Positions 9,609 through 18,131 of a stretch of DNA of 64,000 bases are shown one piece after another (the first letter of the stretch is position 1; the number at the start of each line of letters is the position of its first letter). The position numbers and the translations under genes are program-made. The stretch is from assembly GCA_964611655.1 (NCBI GenBank), contig CAZTAY010000001.1:3847-67846 (forward strand). Reading direction: 5' to 3'. Origin of the DNA: an uncultured Eubacteriales bacterium. Its GTDB lineage: Bacteria > Bacillota > Clostridia > Lachnospirales > CAZTAY01. A model generated the notes under the pieces. It was not told where the DNA came from. It was given only the letters and a program-made list of their open reading frames with translations, and did no database searches.

Positions 9609-10171
9609 TGAAAGAAATAATTAAAGCAGGCTTAATTTTATTTATAATTACTGCTGTTGCAGGTATCGCACTTGGTTTTGTATACGATGTTACAAAAGAA
9701 CCTATTCAGAAACAAGCTGAGATTGAAGAACAAACTGCTCTCAAAAAGCTAATTGAAACAGCCGATAATTTTAACGGCGATGAAATAGCTGCTCCAGAAG
9801 GAATTGAAAAAATATTTGTAGCATACGATTCTTCTAACAGTGCTATTGGATATGTAGTAAGATTAGTTTCAACAGGTTATGGCGGCCCAATATCAATGCT
9901 TGTTGGTATTGACACATCAGGGTCGGTTACAGGTATTCAAATACTAAACCATACTGAAACGCCTGGTCTTGGAGCTAATGCCACAGAAGAAAAATTTAGA
10001 AACCAGTTTGTAGGTAAAACGGAATTCCCTCTTGTTGTTACTAAGACTGGTGCAACTGCTCCTAATGAGATTGATGCTATTACCAGCTCAACCATTACTA
10101 CAACAGCAGTTACCAAAGGTGTTAACACTGCCTATGAATGGTACAAAACCCATGAAGGAGGCGGAAATTAA
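9608..10171 (+). CDS. rnfG: Rnf complex subunit G (FMN-binding)
   Basis: 187 aa with an N-terminal TM helix and an FMN_bind motif (DAITSSTITTTAV). Its start overlaps the rnfD stop as TAATG. Confidence 0.9.
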   Translation: MKEIIKAGLILFIITAVAGIALGFVYDVTKEPIQKQAEIEEQTALKKLIETADNFNGDEIAAPEGIEKIFVAYDSSNSAIGYVVRLVSTGYGGPISMLVGIDTSGSVTGIQILNHTETPGLGANATEEKFRNQFVGKTEFPLVVTKTGATAPNEIDAITSSTITTTAVTKGVNTAYEWYKTHEGGGN

Positions 10172-10776
10172 TGAGTTTAACGAAAATTTTTAAAAACGGT
10201 TTAGCTAACGAGAACCCTGTCTTTGTTCAGGTAATCGGTATGTGTCCCGTTCTTGCGGTTACAACAAGTGCTATAAACGGTCTTGCTATGGGTCTTGCTA
10301 CTACTGCCGTTTTGACTTGTTCAAACCTTGTAATCTCAATGATTAGAAAGTTTGTATCTCCTAAAGTAAGAATACCTGCTTTCATTGTTGTTATTGCAAC
10401 TTTTGTAACATTGGTAGACTTCTTAATGAAGGCATATACACCTGGCTTAAACAAAGCATTGGGGCTTTTTATTCCCCTTATTGTTGTTAACTGTACAATC
10501 CTTGCAAGAGCTGAGTCATTTGCCTCAAAAAACGGCGTTGTAAATTCATTTGTTGACGGTGTTGGTATGGGTCTTGGATTCACTATCGCTCTGTTATGTA
10601 TGGGTATAGTACGTGAAATATTAGGAAACGGTTCCGTATTTAACTTTACTATCTTACCTGATGCAGTTCATAACACATTGGTTATGATTATGGCACCGGG
10701 CGCCTTCTTTACACTGGGCTTTCTTATGGCACTCATCGCCTATGTTGGCGCTAAGAAAAAGGAGGCTCATGAATAA
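10171..10776 (+). CDS. rnfE: Rnf complex subunit E
   Basis: 201-aa membrane protein of the RnfA/E (NqrD/E) family. It overlaps rnfG as TAATG. Confidence 0.9.
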   Translation: MSLTKIFKNGLANENPVFVQVIGMCPVLAVTTSAINGLAMGLATTAVLTCSNLVISMIRKFVSPKVRIPAFIVVIATFVTLVDFLMKAYTPGLNKALGLFIPLIVVNCTILARAESFASKNGVVNSFVDGVGMGLGFTIALLCMGIVREILGNGSVFNFTILPDAVHNTLVMIMAPGAFFTLGFLMALIAYVGAKKKEAHE

Positions 10777-11351
10777 TGAATCTTATTCTAATTGCGCTTA
10801 GCGCATCACTTATTAATAACTTTGTACTTTCAAGATTCTTAGGTATCTGCCCATTCTTAGGCGTTTCCAAGAAGATTGAGACAGCAACCGGTATGGGTGT
10901 TGCGGTTATGTTCGTTATGACCCTTGCATCTGCTGTTTGTTTCCTTATCAATCAGTTCTTGCTTGTACCTTATGACATGGCATACCTTTATACTATAGCT
11001 TTCATACTTGTAATTGCTTCACTTGTACAGGTAGTTGAAATGTTTATTAAAAAATCAAGCCCTACTCTTTACAAGGCGCTTGGTGTTTATCTTCCGCTTA
11101 TTACTACTAACTGTGCTGTTCTTGGTGCTACTGTATTAAACAAGGACGCCGGTTATGATTTAATCGAGTCAGTTGTAAACGGACTTTTTGCAGCAGTAGG
11201 TTTTACTATTGCAATTGTACTTTATGCCGGAATCAGAGAAGCAACGGAAAAGAACGATATTCCTAAATCGTTTAGGGGTTTCCCAATTGCACTTTTAACG
11301 GCAGGACTTATGTCTATTGCTTTTATGGGCTTTTCAGGCCTTATTAAATAA
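10776..11351 (+). CDS. rnfA: Rnf complex subunit A
   Basis: 191-aa membrane protein paralogous to RnfE. It overlaps rnfE as TAATG. Confidence 0.9.
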   Translation: MNLILIALSASLINNFVLSRFLGICPFLGVSKKIETATGMGVAVMFVMTLASAVCFLINQFLLVPYDMAYLYTIAFILVIASLVQVVEMFIKKSSPTLYKALGVYLPLITTNCAVLGATVLNKDAGYDLIESVVNGLFAAVGFTIAIVLYAGIREATEKNDIPKSFRGFPIALLTAGLMSIAFMGFSGLIK

Positions 11352-11365
11352 AGGGGGAGAAAAGT

Positions 11366-12175
11366 ATGCCAATAGTAATAATAGGCCCCCTTGCTGTTAT
11401 TGGGGGATTAGGACTTTTATTCGGATTAGCGCTTGGTGTTGCAGATAAATTTCTCGCTGTTGAAGTTGATCCGAAGATAGATGCTTTAAAAGACGCTGTT
11501 CCTGGCGCAAACTGCGGCGGTTGCGGTTTTGCAGGCTGTGGTGCTTTTGCAGAAGCTGTATTTAGCGGTGATGCAAAGACCAGCGGATGTCCTGTTGGTG
11601 GTCAATCAGTTGCTGATAAGCTTGCTGAAATCATGGGCGTTGAAGCCGGTGCACTGGCGAAGAAGGTGGCGCATGTTAAATGCGGCGGCTCTTGCGACAA
11701 GGCAAAAATAAGATATGATTATGCAGGTCTTAAAGACTGTGTTGCTGCAACAATGCTTGCAGGCGGCAGTAACAGGGATTGTAATTTTGGATGTTTAGGA
11801 CTTGGCACATGTCAGGATGTATGTCCCTTTGATGCAATTAATGTTGTAAACGGTTTAGCATTTGTTGATCCTGACAAATGTACTGCATGTGGAATGTGTA
11901 TTGATGCATGTCCTAAAGCACTCATTGATTTAGCTAACTATGAAAGCCTTGTAACGGTTAACTGTAATTCAACCGAAAAGGGTAAAGAAGTAAAAGAAAA
12001 GTGCGAAGTCGGCTGTATTGCTTGCCGCTTATGCGTTAAGGCTTGCCAGTATGATGCGATTGTGTTTGAAAATAATCTTGCCAAAGTTGACTACGACAAA
12101 TGTACTAATTGTGGTGACTGCGTGCTTAAGTGCCCTACAAACACCATCAGTTTTTCAGGACGCCGAAAAGGATGA
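11366..12175 (+). CDS. rnfB: Rnf complex subunit B (ferredoxin-like, polyferredoxin tail)
   Basis: 269 aa with an N-terminal TM helix, the CGGCGFAGCGAFAEAV motif and several CxxCxxCxxxCP 4Fe-4S motifs. Confidence 0.9.
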   Translation: MPIVIIGPLAVIGGLGLLFGLALGVADKFLAVEVDPKIDALKDAVPGANCGGCGFAGCGAFAEAVFSGDAKTSGCPVGGQSVADKLAEIMGVEAGALAKKVAHVKCGGSCDKAKIRYDYAGLKDCVAATMLAGGSNRDCNFGCLGLGTCQDVCPFDAINVVNGLAFVDPDKCTACGMCIDACPKALIDLANYESLVTVNCNSTEKGKEVKEKCEVGCIACRLCVKACQYDAIVFENNLAKVDYDKCTNCGDCVLKCPTNTISFSGRRKG

Positions 12176-12180
12176 TTTAA

Positions 12181-14589
12181 TTGAAAAAAAAGCAAAAGAA
12201 GATCGGCTTTTTCACCGTTTTAAAACTTGCTTTTATATTGGGGATAGCCGCCGTTTTGGCGGCTTTTTCCTTTATTTTTATGATTTATTATGGTATATAC
12301 AAAACCAGCAAACCCATACCATACCTAAGTATTAAGCCCAATCAATTTGTAACAACTATTTATGCTGGTGCCAATGTACTGGATACGCTGCATGGTGAGG
12401 AAAACAGAGAATATGTTCCTATTGGAGAAATTCCTGATTCCCTTATAAATGCTGTTATATCCGTTGAGGATATGCGTTTTTATGAACACGACGGCGTTGA
12501 TATTTACTCCATTTTCAGGGCAATTGTAAAGAACTTAGAAAGCGGTTCTTTTGCCGAAGGTGCAAGCACAATAACCCAGCAATTAGTCAAGAATAACTTA
12601 CTTAAGGATACTTCTTTGACCTTAGAACGGAAAATACAGGAACAATGCCTTGCCTATAAATTAGAAAAAGACCTGGAAGCAAAGCTTGGCGGTAAGCTTG
12701 CTGCAAAACGATATGTTATGGAGCAATATTTAAACAGTGTTAATTTAGCTCATGGTCTTAACGGTGTTAAAACCGCTGCTAAATATTATTTTGGGAAAGA
12801 AACCAAAGACTTGACCTTGTCTGAATCTACTGTAATTGCAGCCATCATTAAGAATCCTGTCAAGTTCTCTCCAGTAAATTCAATAGATAACAATAAAGAA
12901 AGAGCCACGCTAATCTTAAATAATATGTTTAATCAACAAATGATTGACTTTGATGAATATGACGCTGCAATAAATGATGATGTGTATTCTAGGCTAAAGA
13001 ATCCTAAAGATTATGCAGCCAGTAAACGATTATCCCCTCATTCTTATTTTGTCGACCAGTTAATCATAGATATTGCAAATGATTTAATGTATCAAAAAGG
13101 CATGAGCGAAAATGCCGCATATAATTTAATATATAGTGGTGGCTTAAGCATATATAGTACTTTTGATTTTGAAGTGCAAAGGATTATTGACGAGACATTT
13201 AGCAACAATTCACTTTTCCCGCCAGGTAATACTGGAATTGAGGCATATGTAACCATTGAAACGGAATCTGAAACTATACGTAAAAATTCTTTCTGCAAAA
13301 CCGACCAAGAAGCAGAGAATTTTTTCGAAACCCTTAAGAAAAGCACTACTGAAAAGGGTGGCGTTATTGTTACTGCTGATTTACAGAAAATCAGGCAGCC
13401 TCAAGCTGCTTTTGCAATAATAGATTATAGAACAGGTAATGTTTTAGGACTAGGTGGTGGTGTTGGTAAAAAAGAGTATAATCTTGCTTTTAATAGAGCA
13501 ACTCAGGCTAAAAGGCATCCCGGTTCATGTTTTAAGATTCTTGCAGCCTATGCACCTGCTCTTGACTTAGGTGTAATAGACATAAATACTTTATTAGAAG
13601 ATGAACCATTTACTGTTAATGGATACAGACCTCTAAACTATGATTTCAAATACCGTGGAAAAACTTCTTTAAGAAACGCTATTAAATATTCAATAAACGT
13701 TTTAGCTGTTAAAACCCTTGTGAGTGTTGGTTATGACCGTGCTTTTGAGTATTTGAAAAAGTTTGGATTTACAACGTTAGTGGAAAGCGAGGAAAGGAAT
13801 GGCAGGATATATACAGATAAAGGACCTGCGTTAGCACTTGGCGGACTTACTGATGGTGTAACAATGCTTGAACTGGCATCAGCTTATGGTACTATTGCTA
13901 ACAACGGCCTTTATAATAAACCAGTTCTGTATACCAAAGTAATTTCCCATGACGGAACAGTTCTCTTAGAGAACAAACCATTGCAAGCAGAAGTTCTCAA
14001 GCCTAAAACAGCTTATATTCTAACGGATTTAATGAAGGATGTAATTAAAAGCGGCACAGGAACTGCGGCAGGGTTTACCGAAACAAAGATGCCCCTTGCT
14101 GGCAAAACTGGTACTTCTTCAAAAGACAAAGACTTGGTTTTTGCCGGTTATACCCCTTATTATGCAGCAGCAGTCTGGATGGGTTATGACATTCCCATGG
14201 AACTTTCTTACAAAGAAAACTATCATTTATTGTTGTTTAGAGATATCATGGAAAATATTCATATAAGTAAAGGTCTTGCATATAAAGAGTTCGATATACC
14301 ACAAGGCGTGTCAGAAAAAGACGTGAAATCAGTAAATGATTATGTTGCTCCAAAACCAAAACCTGTACAGACACAAAAAACTGCTGATTCAGCAACAGAA
14401 CAAGCAGCAAATACTAATGATAATCCCGTGGATGAAGTTGAACCTCAAGGCCCTAACGATGTAATACCTGAAAATTTCAATGAAGCTGGTAATCAAGACT
14501 CAGAAAATGCAAATTTAACTCAGCCCGAGACGAATAATGAGACTAGTCTAATAGACTCATCAGTAACGGCCGAATTACATCAAGACTAG
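12181..14589 (+). CDS. class A penicillin-binding protein (glycosyltransferase plus transpeptidase), PBP1A-like
   Basis: 802 aa with a TTG start 5 nt after the rnfB stop. GT51 motifs are EDMRFYEHDGVD and GASTITQQLVKN. Transpeptidase motifs are SCFK, SIN and KTGTS. The C-terminal tail is low-complexity and rich in Q, N, P and E. Confidence 0.9.
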   Translation: MKKKQKKIGFFTVLKLAFILGIAAVLAAFSFIFMIYYGIYKTSKPIPYLSIKPNQFVTTIYAGANVLDTLHGEENREYVPIGEIPDSLINAVISVEDMRFYEHDGVDIYSIFRAIVKNLESGSFAEGASTITQQLVKNNLLKDTSLTLERKIQEQCLAYKLEKDLEAKLGGKLAAKRYVMEQYLNSVNLAHGLNGVKTAAKYYFGKETKDLTLSESTVIAAIIKNPVKFSPVNSIDNNKERATLILNNMFNQQMIDFDEYDAAINDDVYSRLKNPKDYAASKRLSPHSYFVDQLIIDIANDLMYQKGMSENAAYNLIYSGGLSIYSTFDFEVQRIIDETFSNNSLFPPGNTGIEAYVTIETESETIRKNSFCKTDQEAENFFETLKKSTTEKGGVIVTADLQKIRQPQAAFAIIDYRTGNVLGLGGGVGKKEYNLAFNRATQAKRHPGSCFKILAAYAPALDLGVIDINTLLEDEPFTVNGYRPLNYDFKYRGKTSLRNAIKYSINVLAVKTLVSVGYDRAFEYLKKFGFTTLVESEERNGRIYTDKGPALALGGLTDGVTMLELASAYGTIANNGLYNKPVLYTKVISHDGTVLLENKPLQAEVLKPKTAYILTDLMKDVIKSGTGTAAGFTETKMPLAGKTGTSSKDKDLVFAGYTPYYAAAVWMGYDIPMELSYKENYHLLLFRDIMENIHISKGLAYKEFDIPQGVSEKDVKSVNDYVAPKPKPVQTQKTADSATEQAANTNDNPVDEVEPQGPNDVIPENFNEAGNQDSENANLTQPETNNETSLIDSSVTAELHQD

Positions 14590-14593
14590 GAGA

Positions 14594-14989
14594 TTATTTG
14601 ATTACATTTCGCCAATCCAAATCTCCCCTGTCAAGAGCAAGCAAAATTATCTCCGCTGTAGCAAGATTGCTTGCCATAGGTATGTTGTGAACATCACAAA
14701 GTCTAAGAATACTATTTGCGTCAGGCTCATAATTTTTTGGTGCAACAGGATCCCTTAAAAAAATTACTACGTCAATATCGTTGTGGGCAATTTGGGCACC
14801 TAGCTGTTGCTCTCCGCCTAGCTTGCCCGCAAGATATTTATGAACTGTTAAATTTGCAGCATTTTCAACAATTCTGCCTGTTGTGCCTGTGGCATACAGA
14901 TTATGTTTGTTTAAAATATGCCTGTAAGCCAGACAAAGATTTTCCATTAACTTTTTTTTGTTATCATGTGCTATAAGAGCAATATTCAT
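14594..14989 (-). CDS. mgsA: methylglyoxal synthase
   Basis: 131 aa starting MNIALIAHDNKK, with YATGTTG and GGEQQLGA motifs. It lies last in the mre/min/rodA block. Confidence 0.92.
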   Translation of the reverse strand: MNIALIAHDNKKKLMENLCLAYRHILNKHNLYATGTTGRIVENAANLTVHKYLAGKLGGEQQLGAQIAHNDIDVVIFLRDPVAPKNYEPDANSILRLCDVHNIPMASNLATAEIILLALDRGDLDWRNVIK

Positions 14990-14991
14990 AA

Positions 14992-16164
14992 TTAATCTCC
15001 TTTAAACAGCGACTTTTCAGTTTTTAACCTGACATTAAGTACAAGACCTATTGCTATCATATTGGTTAGCAAGCTACTTCCACCGGCACTTATAAAGGGC
15101 AGAGCCATACCAGTAGTTGGTAAAACGGCTGTTGCAACTCCTATGTTGACAAATGTCTGAAATGCAAGCATACCGGCCACTCCCATACAAATCAAACATC
15201 CAAATAAGTCAAGAGATTTGTTTGCTGCCTGAACACATCTTAAAATTATAATAAGTATTACAAAAATGACTAATACTGATCCAATGAAACCAAATTCCTC
15301 ACCAATAACTGAAAAAATAAAGTCGTTATGCTGCTCTGGAAGATAAGAAAGCTTGTTTAATGTACCTCCGTATAAACCTCTTCCGGAGAACTTTCCAGAG
15401 CCGATTGCTCTGACTGACTTTGAAATCTGATAATTAATTGCATCCACATTGCCTGCTTTGTCTTGGTTTGCCAGTATTCTGGTTATTTGATATTCAAACT
15501 TACCTCCGGCAAAGTTCTTAAAGAAATTGACGATAAAAGAGTTTTCACTTCTAATGTCAAGAAAAAAGACAACCACAGCCGGGGCTGCTACTGCGATTGT
15601 AGTATAAATATACTTAGCGGCTACCCCGGCAACAAATATTTGAAATAAGAAAACAACTAATACCACTAGTGACGTTGATAATGACGGCTGAAGAAGTATT
15701 AAAAATATTGGTGCAAAAGCAAACGCACCGAGTAACATCAGTATCTTAAATTCATTTATTCGATCCCAATATTTAGAGATCATTGCAGCATTACAAAATA
15801 TCATTACTACCTTTGAAAACTCTGACGGCTGTAACCTAATTGTTCCGACTTCAAGCCATCTTTGAGCGCCGTTTGCTGAGTCACCGATTAATAATACAAG
15901 TATCAGCATTAGAATATTAGCAATATAAGCAACCCAAAAGAACTGCTGCAAGAAATTATAATCAATTGCAGCCACTGCAACTAAAACTACTATCCCTAAT
16001 ACAAAGAAAATGATTTGATTACGGAACTCTATATAGTTCTTTCCTTCAACCACCCAATTTATATGAGTCGCACTACCAATTGCAATGATTCCAAAAACCG
16101 TCAATGCTATAACCAAAGCAAACAGCAGAAAATCAAAATTTTGAATCTTTCTGTTAAAAAGCAT
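14992..16164 (-). CDS. rodA: SEDS-family peptidoglycan polymerase (RodA by synteny with mre/min/PBP2)
   Basis: 390-aa polytopic FtsW/RodA/SpoVE-family protein containing the PEQHNDFIFSVIGEEFGFIGS motif. Confidence 0.8.
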   Translation of the reverse strand: MLFNRKIQNFDFLLFALVIALTVFGIIAIGSATHINWVVEGKNYIEFRNQIIFFVLGIVVLVAVAAIDYNFLQQFFWVAYIANILMLILVLLIGDSANGAQRWLEVGTIRLQPSEFSKVVMIFCNAAMISKYWDRINEFKILMLLGAFAFAPIFLILLQPSLSTSLVVLVVFLFQIFVAGVAAKYIYTTIAVAAPAVVVFFLDIRSENSFIVNFFKNFAGGKFEYQITRILANQDKAGNVDAINYQISKSVRAIGSGKFSGRGLYGGTLNKLSYLPEQHNDFIFSVIGEEFGFIGSVLVIFVILIIILRCVQAANKSLDLFGCLICMGVAGMLAFQTFVNIGVATAVLPTTGMALPFISAGGSSLLTNMIAIGLVLNVRLKTEKSLFKGD

Positions 16165-16200
16165 AATTGTACCTCAGAAAAACTATCCTGTTATATGTAT

Positions 16201-16494
16201 CTATCTTACACTTTCTCCAACCTTACGCATACTTTTAATCGGAATATTAGCATATAAAACAGGAACAGTATTATTTCCATGATCCGATTTAGTCTGTGAG
16301 ATTTGAATATCCATATCGAGCTCGTCAATTTCCATGTAATTGGAAATAACTTTTATTATATCTGTTTTTAGCATCTCTAAAAACTGTGTCGAACAATTAA
16401 CCCTATCATGAATCAAAACTAGTTTCAAACGATCCTTAGCTATATCCTTTGAATTTGCTTTAGTTTTCTTTCCGAAAATTCCTGTTAGATCCAT
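16201..16494 (-). CDS. minE: cell division topological specificity factor MinE
   Basis: 97 aa with an N-terminus FGKK...AKDRLKLVLIHDR typical of MinE. It follows minD. Confidence 0.9.
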   Translation of the reverse strand: MDLTGIFGKKTKANSKDIAKDRLKLVLIHDRVNCSTQFLEMLKTDIIKVISNYMEIDELDMDIQISQTKSDHGNNTVPVLYANIPIKSMRKVGESVR

Positions 16495-16507
16495 TTAGAC
16501 ACATCCT

Positions 16508-17311
16508 TTAACCACCGAAACTAAATAATTTTTTTAATCTTATCATGAACCCTTCCTGAACACTTAAATCCATAAGAGGCACTTCTTTACCCATAATTCT
16601 GTCGGCAATATTTCTAAATGCTTGTCCAGCTTTTGACACCATATCCGTAACGGCAGGTTCCCCTCTATTAGTAGATATTACTATGTACTCGTCATCTGGA
16701 ACAACCCCAAGAATTTCTATTGCTAAAATCTCAAGTACATCCTCAATCGCCATCATATCACCGCGCTTTATCATATCCATTTTTATACGATTAAGCACTA
16801 GCATGGGATTTCTAATGTCACTTGCTTCTAAAAGACCTATTATTCTATCAGCGTCTCTGACCGCAGAAACCTCCGGTGTTGTAACAACTATTGCCCTGTC
16901 AGCGCCTGCAATAGCATTTTTGAAACCTTGCTCAATTCCTGCTGGACAGTCGATTATGACATAATCAAATTCTTCTTTTAAAGATATACAAAGCTTTTGC
17001 ATCTGTTCCGGGCTAACCGCAGTCTTATCTCTCGTTTGAGCAGCCGGCAATAAATGCAAATTAGGATAACGCTTGTCCTTAATCAAAGCTTGTTTTAATC
17101 TGCAATGACCTTCTACAACATCCACAACATCGTAAACGATTCTATTCTCAAGACCCATAACTACGTCGAGATTTCTTAGTCCAATATCCGCATCCACAAG
17201 TGCAACTTTATTACCGGCAAGTGTTAGCCCGGTTCCGATGTTGGCTGAAGTGGTTGTTTTACCCACACCGCCTTTTCCAGACGTAATAACAATTACTTCG
17301 CCCATTTTCAT
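16508..17311 (-). CDS. minD: septum site-determining ATPase MinD
   Basis: 267 aa with the deviant Walker A motif SGKGGVGKTT. The C-terminus forms an amphipathic helix. Confidence 0.95.
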   Translation of the reverse strand: MKMGEVIVITSGKGGVGKTTTSANIGTGLTLAGNKVALVDADIGLRNLDVVMGLENRIVYDVVDVVEGHCRLKQALIKDKRYPNLHLLPAAQTRDKTAVSPEQMQKLCISLKEEFDYVIIDCPAGIEQGFKNAIAGADRAIVVTTPEVSAVRDADRIIGLLEASDIRNPMLVLNRIKMDMIKRGDMMAIEDVLEILAIEILGVVPDDEYIVISTNRGEPAVTDMVSKAGQAFRNIADRIMGKEVPLMDLSVQEGFMIRLKKLFSFGG

Positions 17312-17436
17312 CCCCCTTGGTAGTTGAAATTCTAATTTAAGCCTATTTACATATATAATAATATCAAAAGATCAAATAAATTGCAGCAAAATGTTATATA
17401 AAAATTCTCCTAAAATTTTGCATATTAATAAATAAA

Positions 17437-18084
17437 TTACATTGTTTCGACAAACATTTGACCGTCTTTAATGTATGCAATGGTAGGAATTTTTTCAGTT
17501 TCTTTGTTTTCTTCCTTTGGGAATGAAGCAATGATATCTGCAATCCTTAATTGTGTTGGAAAAAGTCCTATTGCAGCAATATACGCACTCCTGTCACCTT
17601 TACAACCAGCATGAGCCATACCTTTTAGTGCACCAAAAATCGTCACATTACCAGCGGATATTACCTCTGCGCCAGGGTTTATATCTCCTAGAACAATGAT
17701 ACTAGTTTCAGTGGAGATTTTTTGACCGCTTCTTACAGAATTCTTATAATAAACAGTTTGATCTCCGTGGAGTTTAATTTCATTGTCCGCTATATATGCT
17801 ATACCATCAAACATACGTTTGCTTTGCATTTCAATTTTTTCTTTTGGAATGATTTCAAGATTAGTATTATTAACAATTATCTCCATTAATTCTGCTTCTT
17901 GTTCTTCAGAAAGGTCTTTGCCTTCAAAAACAATTCCTGATTTAGCACCTTCAAAGAACTTTACAGATTTCATTACCCTTTCCATGAACTTTTCCTTAAG
18001 CTCTGAGAAAGAAAGATTTTCATCCAAATAGACAGAAATGCCTTTGTTAGTTCCTTTAAACATTACACTTCTTTCATTAATCAC
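17437..18084 (-). CDS. minC: septum site-determining protein MinC
   Basis: 215 aa. The C-terminal beta-helix domain carries the GDINPGAEVISAGNVTIFGALKG motif. Confidence 0.88.
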   Translation of the reverse strand: MINERSVMFKGTNKGISVYLDENLSFSELKEKFMERVMKSVKFFEGAKSGIVFEGKDLSEEQEAELMEIIVNNTNLEIIPKEKIEMQSKRMFDGIAYIADNEIKLHGDQTVYYKNSVRSGQKISTETSIIVLGDINPGAEVISAGNVTIFGALKGMAHAGCKGDRSAYIAAIGLFPTQLRIADIIASFPKEENKETEKIPTIAYIKDGQMFVETM

Positions 18085-18131
18085 TGGTGTTCCTCCTAGA
18101 GATTAACTTACTGTGGTCAATTCACCATCTA

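Noticed and set aside
12018-12335. 105-aa ORF bridging rnfB and the PBP gene
   Set aside because: It is out of frame with both well-supported genes and is a spurious overlap.
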